Shown here piece by piece: positions 1 to 7,341 of a stretch of DNA of 64,000 nt. The stretch's first letter is position 1. The number at the start of each line of letters is the position of its first letter. The DNA lies in the NCBI GenBank assembly GCA_016930375.1, contig JAFGGU010000096.1:3981-67980 (forward strand). Reading direction: 5' to 3'. The stretch is from Bacteroidales bacterium. GTDB taxonomy: Bacteria > Bacteroidota > Bacteroidia > Bacteroidales > UBA10428. The position numbers and the translations under genes were made by a program. Below the pieces are notes generated by a model. It was not told the DNA's origin, did no database searches, and was given only the letters and a program-made list of their open reading frames with translations.

Positions 1-21
1 GTTCTAAGCATTCAAATATAT

Positions 22-2205
22 ATGATTAAAAACATCGCCATTAAGGACTGTGCAAGTTTTGACAGTGTGAATGGAATTAACTTTGCACCAACTCTCGTTA
101 ATTATATTTACGGGTCAAATGGCAGTGGTAAAACTGCTATCTCAAATGTAATACGTGATTGTACAAGCTACCCCCTTTGCTCACTTGATTGGGGACTCGC
201 AGCACCGCTCCAGACTCTGGTTTACAATCGAACCTTTATCGAAGAGAATTTCGAGCAATCAAAGGAACTCAAAGGAATCTTTACGCTGGGAAAAGGTAGC
301 AAAGAGGAACTTGAAAAAATTAAAGTAAACCAAGCGGAGGTAGAGAAAAGGGAAAAATCCATCATCGACCTTAAGGGGACACTTGAAAACGAAAAACTGA
401 AACTTCTCACCATTGAAGACAACTTTGTTGATAAATGCTGGGGAGTACAAAAGAAATACGAAGGAATATTTATCAAGGCATTCGAAGGAAATAGAAATTC
501 AAAACAAAGGTTTAAAGACAAAGTTGTGTCTGAATATGCTGGTAACAAGCGACCACTTCTGTTGTTTGCTGAGTTGGAAAGCAAAGCCAGTCAAATATTA
601 AATGCTCCAGCCGTTAAGGTTGCACCTGTAATCGATTTTAGTTTGCCAGACTTTAATACTCTCGAAGAAAATCCGATTTTTCAAACAAGAATAATTGGCA
701 AAGATGATGTTGACATTGCAAGGATGATTTTAAAGCTGAACAACAGTGATTGGGTTAGGCAGGGTATAGTATTTTTTAAAGCTAACGATGAGTATTGTCC
801 TTTTTGCCAGCAAACAACGACAGAAAGTTTCAGAAAACAGTTAGACGAATACTTTGACGAGAGTTATAATCAACAGTTACAAGCATTAAAAAATGCATAT
901 GATAAATATAACTTTGAATGTGAAACACTGCTAATAGCAATTGGAAACTATTTGGCTCTGAATAATCAGTTCATTGATTTACCTGCTTTGACAGGACTTA
1001 GGGACATGATAGTTACTAAACAACAAAAGAACCTGTTGACAATTGAGAAGAAGCTAAATGAGCCGACCATTAAAATTACATTAGACAGTATTTCCGAGCA
1101 CATAGTTAAACTCAAAGAAATAATTGACCAAGCTATAACTAAGAGCAAGGAGCATAACAGACTCATCGACAACATCGAATCTGAAAAAAAAGCTTTGATT
1201 TCTAACATATGGTCGTTTATTCTCAACGAATTAAGGTTGGACTTCGGAACTTATACATCTGAAAAAGATTCCAGCGAAAAGGCGATTAAGAGTGTTTCCA
1301 CAAAAATCACTACAATCGAAGGTGAGGTAGGAGCATTGAAAACGGAGATACAGAATTCTGAAAGTAAGATTACAAGTACAAAACCCACCATCGGTACGAT
1401 AAACAAAACCCTAACAGGATTTGGTTTCACTAACTTTTCTTTAGCTGAAACTACAACAGTAGGCGGCTATAAAATTGTTCGTGAAAATGGAGTAGATGCT
1501 AAGAACACATTAAGTGAAGGGGAGAAGACATTTATTACATTCCTGTATTTTTATCATCTGACAAATGGTAGCTTTGAAACTAATCAGATAACCACTAACA
1601 AGATTCTTGTTATTGACGACCCAATATCAAGCTTAGACAGTGCTGTATTATTTATCGTATCAAATCTCGTCAGAAAACTTATCAGTGAATGCAGAGAAGG
1701 TAAAAGCCATGTGAAACAAGTATTTGTTCTGACTCATAATGTGTATTTTCATAAAGAAGTTACTTTTAAGAAGAGAAGCGAATCCAGCAGGGGGGAATCA
1801 TATTGGATAATAAGAAAAATCGGGAAAAATAGTACTATTGAGAAATACAAAGAGAATCCAGTCCAGACCTCTTACGATTTATTATGGCAGGAAATTAGAG
1901 ATAGAGCGAGTATTAATAAACTAACTGTTTTCAACACGTTGCGTAGAATTCTCGAATATTATTTTAAAATATTAGGTAAGATAAAAGATGATGAGTTGCT
2001 CGATAAGTTCGATGGCGAAGACAAAATAATAAGCAATTCACTCCTGTCGTGGATAAATGACGGGTCACATACAATAAATGACGATATATTTATATCAACT
2101 GATGAAGAAACTGTTGAAAAATACCTAAGAGTGTTCAAGAGAATTTTCGAAGTTGAAAGTCAGATTGAGCATTATAACATGATGATGAAAGTGCCTGTTA
2201 TTTAG
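22..2205 (+). CDS. RloC/PrrC-like ABC-type ATPase (AAA_13-like) with C-terminal anticodon-nuclease-like domain
   Basis: 727-aa ORF. ATPase motifs: Walker A GSNGSGKT; ABC signature LSEGEKT; Walker B/D-loop ILVIDDPISSLD; H-loop LTHN. A long Lys/Glu-rich coiled-coil insert carries a CPFC motif that looks like a Rad50 zinc hook. The C-terminal block NTLRRILEYYF...(38 aa)...WINDGSHT resembles the Arg/Glu/His arrangement of PrrC/RloC nuclease domains. Confidence 0.65.
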   Translation: MIKNIAIKDCASFDSVNGINFAPTLVNYIYGSNGSGKTAISNVIRDCTSYPLCSLDWGLAAPLQTLVYNRTFIEENFEQSKELKGIFTLGKGSKEELEKIKVNQAEVEKREKSIIDLKGTLENEKLKLLTIEDNFVDKCWGVQKKYEGIFIKAFEGNRNSKQRFKDKVVSEYAGNKRPLLLFAELESKASQILNAPAVKVAPVIDFSLPDFNTLEENPIFQTRIIGKDDVDIARMILKLNNSDWVRQGIVFFKANDEYCPFCQQTTTESFRKQLDEYFDESYNQQLQALKNAYDKYNFECETLLIAIGNYLALNNQFIDLPALTGLRDMIVTKQQKNLLTIEKKLNEPTIKITLDSISEHIVKLKEIIDQAITKSKEHNRLIDNIESEKKALISNIWSFILNELRLDFGTYTSEKDSSEKAIKSVSTKITTIEGEVGALKTEIQNSESKITSTKPTIGTINKTLTGFGFTNFSLAETTTVGGYKIVRENGVDAKNTLSEGEKTFITFLYFYHLTNGSFETNQITTNKILVIDDPISSLDSAVLFIVSNLVRKLISECREGKSHVKQVFVLTHNVYFHKEVTFKKRSESSRGESYWIIRKIGKNSTIEKYKENPVQTSYDLLWQEIRDRASINKLTVFNTLRRILEYYFKILGKIKDDELLDKFDGEDKIISNSLLSWINDGSHTINDDIFISTDEETVEKYLRVFKRIFEVESQIEHYNMMMKVPVI

Positions 2206-2330
2206 GCAATCACATTTATAAGTACGAGGTAAATAATAAATTACACTATTAATCTAAAGTAAAACATTATATATAATACGTTATTGTTATGTAAATAACC
2301 ATGATATACTTGTACTATAATTGACTTTTA

Positions 2331-2368
2331 CCCCCCCCCCTGCCTCATCACTTGCCCCACCCCCCCCC
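2331..2368 (+). repeat. Two homopolymeric C tracts: C10 (2331-2340) and CCCCAC9 (2355-2368), separated by 14 nt
   Basis: Read directly from the sequence. The tracts stand out inside an AT-rich intergenic region between the ATPase gene and the Rep-like gene. Confidence 0.9.
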
Positions 2369-2563
2369 TGTAAAATACGGTAATCGGAACGTATCCTAAT
2401 TAAACAGATTTTAATTTTGAAGTACTCTCACCACAAATGCACGTCCACCACGCATATCCTCTCTCAAAATATTTCAGTGCTGAAATGGTGGATTATAATT
2501 TTTTATAAAAAAATTTTAGCAAATCAAGGATTTTCGCTGCAATGGCAGTAGGTATGTATATAG

Positions 2564-2700
2564 TCTTCGGCAAGCTATAAGAAGAAGTAGCACTCTGTAG
2601 ACCTTTACTGGGTGCACTTCTTTAAATCAATGCTGAAGATTAAATAACTTAAATGCCGAGAAAGTTAACTTGCTGAAGAACGGCACAACTTGCCGAAGTA
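2564..2700. promoter_or_regulatory. Iteron-like repeats of GCTTGCYGAAGA upstream of the Rep-like gene
   Basis: Direct copies: TGCTGAAGA at 2631-2639; TGCCGAGAA at 2654-2662; ACTTGCTGAAGAA at 2668-2680; ACTTGCCGAAGTA at 2688-2700. The direct copies are spaced roughly 20 nt apart. One inverted copy, TCTTCGGCAAGC, lies at 2564-2575. Confidence 0.5.
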
Positions 2701-2745
2701 TGATTATCCAAAGAATTCTACTACTGGCTTCGTGGGGGTCAGTTT

Positions 2746-4116
2746 ATGAATCACGAAATTGAAGCCAACTTATTACATGCCTCTGATGAGGCAATTAAAA
2801 TCCGTTTAGGAATCTCAGGATTCCATAACTCTGTATTATCGTATGGTAAAATACTATATAACCATAGCATTTTGTCTTACGATAACGAATCCATATACTT
2901 TATAGATAAGCTACATGTAACATATAGCTTTAGTAAGAAGATTGAAAAGAGCATCGCTGAGGCATTCTACAAACGTAAACAGTATGATTGTGATAACCAT
3001 CTGATATTAATACCAAACTATAAACACGGCAATAACTACCATTATTCATTTGCGATTGAGTTTGACGGCAAGCACTTTGGTTATTTGCATCTGTGTAATA
3101 CCAAGAAAACCAATATTTGCAAGATTGAGACCGATAATCGCACTCTTTACGAATCCAGTATCATGTATATTCTTGCCAGACTATATCATATAGCATGGTC
3201 TTTTGACCTACAGTATAACAACATCAATACTTTTGAGATTGCACGTGATACAACAAAACAGTTGTACTCTCAAATGAGTGAAATTTATTACCAATCAACA
3301 ATTCGTAATGAAAATATTCAGATGATTTTTAATAAAGAGCCAAAATACAAGCCAATTACCAGAACTAAAATTCATGACTACCCTGCTGACAATGGAAATG
3401 GTGGAACATTCATTATCGGTGCTAATAGCAGTGAATCACTTATAAGGATTTACAGCAAAACCCCTGAAATAGTTGATAATAGCAACAAGAAAGAATATAT
3501 ACATGAACTTCATGTCAAACAGTTTGGCTTGTTACAAAACATTAACCGTGCTGAGGCGGTAATATTTGGGAATGCTTTTCGTACAGGTGGTATTTTAGGC
3601 TCATATGGCTACAATTTACTTGAAGTACTGATTCCACAGAACCTACCTTCAATTTATTTTAAGGTTTTAGGTGATAAGCTAACATTCAACAACCTCACAA
3701 CAAAAACATGGAATAAAGCTAACAATGAAAAATATGAAAGAGTAAGGTTGATTCCAGAATTAGACTCAAAAAACATTCAGCAGAAGAAACTCATTTTACA
3801 ACCGATAGTAACAAGATTTTCACATTGCAATCACATAAACAAGCACAAATTTAAACTCATCGAGTATCTTGATGGCGATATACCATATTCTGAATTAAAG
3901 CGGTATTTCACAGCAAAAAGGGGTAAGAATGAGATAAATGTTGATGATGTGTCGAAAGCATACCGAATAATTCAAAGGAATTATTGCGGAACGATAGACC
4001 ATGACCAAAATAAACGGATAGGCAGGTTGTTATTATCATTAGAGAGTAGAAGCAGAATTCCACACTGGTGGGCAACTGTGTGCTATGTTTTTTCGAAAAT
4101 AACCATGAAGCAATAA
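2746..4116 (+). CDS. Rep_trans-like rolling-circle replication initiator / relaxase candidate
   Basis: 456-aa ORF. Three blocks occur in the order recalled for the Rep_trans family: NTFEIARDTT (cf. RxDxAxD); GGTFIIGANSSESLIRIYSKTPE (cf. TxYxGSrxSxxxxRiYdK); INRAEAVIFGNAF (cf. wxRvExxxxg). The assignment is from memory of the family profile only. Confidence 0.45.
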   Translation: MNHEIEANLLHASDEAIKIRLGISGFHNSVLSYGKILYNHSILSYDNESIYFIDKLHVTYSFSKKIEKSIAEAFYKRKQYDCDNHLILIPNYKHGNNYHYSFAIEFDGKHFGYLHLCNTKKTNICKIETDNRTLYESSIMYILARLYHIAWSFDLQYNNINTFEIARDTTKQLYSQMSEIYYQSTIRNENIQMIFNKEPKYKPITRTKIHDYPADNGNGGTFIIGANSSESLIRIYSKTPEIVDNSNKKEYIHELHVKQFGLLQNINRAEAVIFGNAFRTGGILGSYGYNLLEVLIPQNLPSIYFKVLGDKLTFNNLTTKTWNKANNEKYERVRLIPELDSKNIQQKKLILQPIVTRFSHCNHINKHKFKLIEYLDGDIPYSELKRYFTAKRGKNEINVDDVSKAYRIIQRNYCGTIDHDQNKRIGRLLLSLESRSRIPHWWATVCYVFSKITMKQ

Positions 4117-4215
4117 CACCGGCAACAATGACATGAAGCAATAACCTTGTGGTGATGACACAGGTCATTGTATCTCTGTAGCTAAACACATGGAATTATG
4201 ACCATGAAGCAGTGA
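4099..4215 (+). repeat. Left three-subsite repeat module (cores ATAACCATGAAGCAATAA 4099-4116, ATGACATGAAGCAATAA 4128-4144, ATGACCATGAAGCAGTGA 4198-4215)
   Basis: Core spacing is 29 and 70 nt. An internal bulged hairpin ACCTTGTG...CACAGGT is present. The module is a direct repeat of 7211-7329. Confidence 0.85.
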
Positions 4216-4375
4216 ATATATAAAATTAGCACTGGTCGCTAAAATTATGGAGTAAAAGCACAGTAAGTAAGAGGAACTTACATATGGTTTCTAATTGTCG
4301 GCAAAAATTGGTATCATTACACATGTGCATAAAGAAAATAGCGGACTGTGTCATATTAAAACGGAATAGGTTCTT

Positions 4376-4383
4376 TACATTTG
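4376..4383 (+). promoter_or_regulatory. Candidate Bacteroidota sigma-A -7 element (TACATTTG = TAnnTTTG) for the endonuclease gene
   Basis: Exact match to the TAnnTTTG consensus, ending 29 nt upstream of the ATG at 4413. I saw no clear -33 TTTG. Confidence 0.3.
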
Positions 4384-4412
4384 TGGGAATAAATAATCAA
4401 TCATTGCGCCAT

Positions 4413-5450
4413 ATGAATTACAAGCGGACTATTGATGAGTTGAAGACCAAGGCAATAAACTTTTGGTCAGAAGAATTGCTCATTGAGGCAAGTAAGAAGA
4501 GTAAAATTCCAATTTTATTACAGACCCAAGACCAATTTTTAAACATCATAAAGGTTGAGGTTGACTCGGTGGATAATTTTTTCAAAATTGTTGAAGCTGC
4601 AAAAATCAGCATAAATTTATTTGTTCAACACCTTATGGTTCTTTCTAATGTTGGTGGAGAGTTCCTTCAAAGAATTAATGGGAATTATGCTACGTTGTTT
4701 CCATCGAAATCAATAACGTTCACATGGCGTGGTGCAAATTATGTTTACAAGTTCTCAGCCTTACCATTGAAACACCTTGGTAATACTACACTTAATATCG
4801 ATGGTGAAAACCTGTTTAAAAAGCAGCCGCTTACACCGCTTTATAAGGATGTTATAATTCTGATGTTATTTGGTAGTTCATGTACGATGGATGAAACGTC
4901 AACCATTCTTGAAGAATGCCAGATTGGTGGATTAATTGGCAATGATGTCGAATTGGAAAAATTTGTTAGGCAAAGATATATTCAAGTAAGTCGTATCACA
5001 GGTGGAGCGAAAGCAAACGACTTGGGTCAAATTGCACAGACAAAGTTGATGGATTACATGACAGCGAAACTGAAAGAACTAAATCTGACATTCAGAACAA
5101 ATGGTCATGTGCCAGAAATTTATAATAAAGAAGAAGATGGTGTTAAGACACTGACTACATTCGACTTGGTTATCAATAATGCTGAAAAAACTAAATATGT
5201 GGTTATTGAACTTACCTTTCAAGTGACAACAAATAGCACGATTGAAAGAAAATCGGGTCAAGCAATGGAAAGGTACAAGCAGGTTGATGCTAAAGGATAC
5301 AAGATTGCCTATGTCATTGATGGTGCTGGTAATTTTCAACGGACAGCAGCGATAAGCAAAATTTGTTCCTATAGTCACTGTAATGTTGCATATACTGAAG
5401 CCGAATTTGATGTTCTCATTGAGTTTATATCAAGCTATATTAAATCATAG
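4413..5450 (+). CDS. Type II restriction endonuclease, DpnII/MboI-like (GATC?)
   Basis: The ORF track starts at 4284, but M44 (ATG 4413) follows the promoter-like motif. The C-terminal block TFDLVINN..YVVIELTFQVTTNSTIERKSGQAMERYK...YKIAYVIDGAGNF parallels the DpnII block RFDFVIKN..YLIEVNFYSGSGSKLNETARSYK...FMWITDGQGW (from memory). The gene lies directly upstream of, and 1 nt from, a DNA methyltransferase gene. Confidence 0.55.
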   Translation: MNYKRTIDELKTKAINFWSEELLIEASKKSKIPILLQTQDQFLNIIKVEVDSVDNFFKIVEAAKISINLFVQHLMVLSNVGGEFLQRINGNYATLFPSKSITFTWRGANYVYKFSALPLKHLGNTTLNIDGENLFKKQPLTPLYKDVIILMLFGSSCTMDETSTILEECQIGGLIGNDVELEKFVRQRYIQVSRITGGAKANDLGQIAQTKLMDYMTAKLKELNLTFRTNGHVPEIYNKEEDGVKTLTTFDLVINNAEKTKYVVIELTFQVTTNSTIERKSGQAMERYKQVDAKGYKIAYVIDGAGNFQRTAAISKICSYSHCNVAYTEAEFDVLIEFISSYIKS

Positions 5451-5451
5451 T

Positions 5452-7203
5452 ATGGAATTCTTTTCTGAAAATAGCATACCACTCCAAATAAAAAAAATTC
5501 AGCTTCATGATATTGGTGCTGTTACAGGTAATAATGCATTTGTCATTTTGCTACCAAAGGAAAAGGGCATCGATTTAGCTCCCATTTATCAGACCATTTT
5601 AAATAGCATGTTGGATGAAAGTGCACTGATTACCGTTGGTCATCCTGAGATATTGGTTGAGGCACAAATCTTATTAAAAGCATCACTTAGGTATCAGTCA
5701 TGGATAGCAATTCGAGAACGGAATGCCTCAACAGACATCGATTCTCACCGATTGGAAAATTCTCATTTCGGTGCTCTCATTCATTCAAAGTATAAGAATT
5801 CTCTTAAACACTGCGAAACAAGGTTAAAGTACACCATTTGTCCATTTTGTGGTAAGACCACGAAGGATTATGGGGGGAAGAAACACACCTTTCATGAGTT
5901 CGGCACATTAATATCTGATGTGTGGAAGGAGATTTCACTTGACTATTCTAATGAGGATGATATTAATAAACTCCTTAGCTACTTTGCATTGATTTTTGGG
6001 TTGCAGGAGTATAGTGATTTGATTGTTCTCGATTACCGTCAGACAGGTACACAGGTAAGCATACAGCCAAATTTAACCCGAATCTGGTCTGATGTAACAA
6101 ACGCATATGGAAATAATTCTTTGCTAATCAAAGGCGATTGTATTGAGGAACTGAAGAAAATACCAGACAACTCTATTGATTTTATATTTGCCGACCCCCC
6201 ATATAATGTTAATAAAAAATATGTTGGTTATAATGATGGGAAAGCAATTGAGGATTACTTTAACTGGTGTGATGAATGGTTATTACAATTAGCACGGGTA
6301 TTAAAGCCACACAGAACCCTCGCAGTATTAAACATACCATTATGGTCGATAAGGCATTTTGAGTACCTTAAAACCATATTAAACTACCAGAATTGGATAG
6401 TCTGGGATGGATTATCATTCCCTGTAAGACAAATAATGCCTGCACATTACTCGATATTATGTTTTACTAAAGGAGAGAGCAGAGTATTACCCAAATTTGC
6501 CGCTGCAGGTGGCGTGAACGAGATAGTGAATGCGTCAAAGTCCTTTAAGTCTCTAAAACCGCTAAAGGCTGGGTATTGTCTGAGAGAGTCTTGTATAAAC
6601 AAAAGGAGCAAGGTTGATTCAAGTACTCGTGAAATTGATGTTTCTGACATATGGTGGGATATCCATAGATTAAAGCACAATAGTAGACGTGTTGACCATC
6701 CATGTCAATTACCACCAGCTTTAATGTATCGATTGATTTCGATATTCTCTGATGAGGGTGAGATAGTTCTTGATTGTTTTAATGGTGCAGGAACAACAAC
6801 ACTATGTGCACAACAGCTAAACAGGATGTATATCGGCATCGAAGCATCAGATGATTATCACGCAATTGCTCAGAAACGACATGATGAGATTTTGAATGGA
6901 CTTGACCCATTCCGTAAAGAGCCACGCAAAGTTGGTGCGAAGAATAGTAGAGTTCCAAGGATGGAAAAAAACACAACTGGTTTTACTAAGAAAGAGATTC
7001 AGTTAGATGTTAGAAATGTTGCGTTAGTATTAGGACATATCCCCACAAAAGAAGAATACAAGACTGCTGGTAAATATCCCATTGATATCGTTGATAGACT
7101 ATTTCAATCATGGAGTGATGCATGTGTAGCAACAAAGACTAATGGCGTTACAGAGTACCCTAAAGAAGCGACTGAACAGCAGAGAACACTTGAATTTACA
7201 TGA
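5452..7203 (+). CDS. Beta-class N6-adenine/N4-cytosine DNA methyltransferase with N- and C-terminal extensions
   Basis: ATG 5452 lies 1 nt after the endonuclease stop (5448-5450). Motif IV DFIFADPPYN precedes motif I VLDCFNGAGTT, which is the beta-class order, and HPCQLPPAL lies between them. The ~240-aa N-terminal extension contains CPFCGK..GGKKH (zinc-ribbon-like). The ~100-aa C-terminal tail contains HIPTKEEYKTAGKYPIDIVDRLFQSWSDA. Confidence 0.85.
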   Translation: MEFFSENSIPLQIKKIQLHDIGAVTGNNAFVILLPKEKGIDLAPIYQTILNSMLDESALITVGHPEILVEAQILLKASLRYQSWIAIRERNASTDIDSHRLENSHFGALIHSKYKNSLKHCETRLKYTICPFCGKTTKDYGGKKHTFHEFGTLISDVWKEISLDYSNEDDINKLLSYFALIFGLQEYSDLIVLDYRQTGTQVSIQPNLTRIWSDVTNAYGNNSLLIKGDCIEELKKIPDNSIDFIFADPPYNVNKKYVGYNDGKAIEDYFNWCDEWLLQLARVLKPHRTLAVLNIPLWSIRHFEYLKTILNYQNWIVWDGLSFPVRQIMPAHYSILCFTKGESRVLPKFAAAGGVNEIVNASKSFKSLKPLKAGYCLRESCINKRSKVDSSTREIDVSDIWWDIHRLKHNSRRVDHPCQLPPALMYRLISIFSDEGEIVLDCFNGAGTTTLCAQQLNRMYIGIEASDDYHAIAQKRHDEILNGLDPFRKEPRKVGAKNSRVPRMEKNTTGFTKKEIQLDVRNVALVLGHIPTKEEYKTAGKYPIDIVDRLFQSWSDACVATKTNGVTEYPKEATEQQRTLEFT

Positions 7204-7210
7204 TACAGTG

Positions 7211-7329
7211 ATGACCATGAATCTATAGCACCCGGACTAATGACCATGAAGGAATGACCTTGTAACAATTGCACAAGTCATAACAACCCAGGAGTCGTAA
7301 CACCGAGATTTATGACCATGAAGCAATGT
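7211..7329 (+). repeat. Right three-subsite repeat module (cores ATGACCATGAATCTATAG 7211-7228, ATGACCATGAAGGAATGA 7240-7257, ATGACCATGAAGCAATGT 7312-7329)
   Basis: Core spacing is 29 and 72 nt, mirroring the left module. An internal bulged hairpin ATGACCTTGT...ACAAGTCAT is present. The module lies between the methyltransferase stop and the recombinase stop. Confidence 0.85.
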
Positions 7330-7341
7330 CACTTATGCGTA

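Noticed and set aside
2437-2553. 38-codon plus-strand ORF (MHVHHAYPLSQN...) in the island intergenic region.
   Set aside because: It is short, has no motif and no recognisable promoter or start context. The region is better explained as origin or regulatory DNA.
4284-4412. 5' extension of the endonuclease ORF, and likewise 5383-5451 for the methylase, 51770-51979 for queD, 44999-45016 for obg and 9924-9989 for the orphan ORF.
   Set aside because: The extensions overlap upstream genes or repeats, lack similarity to the protein families, and internal ATGs give canonical N-termini.
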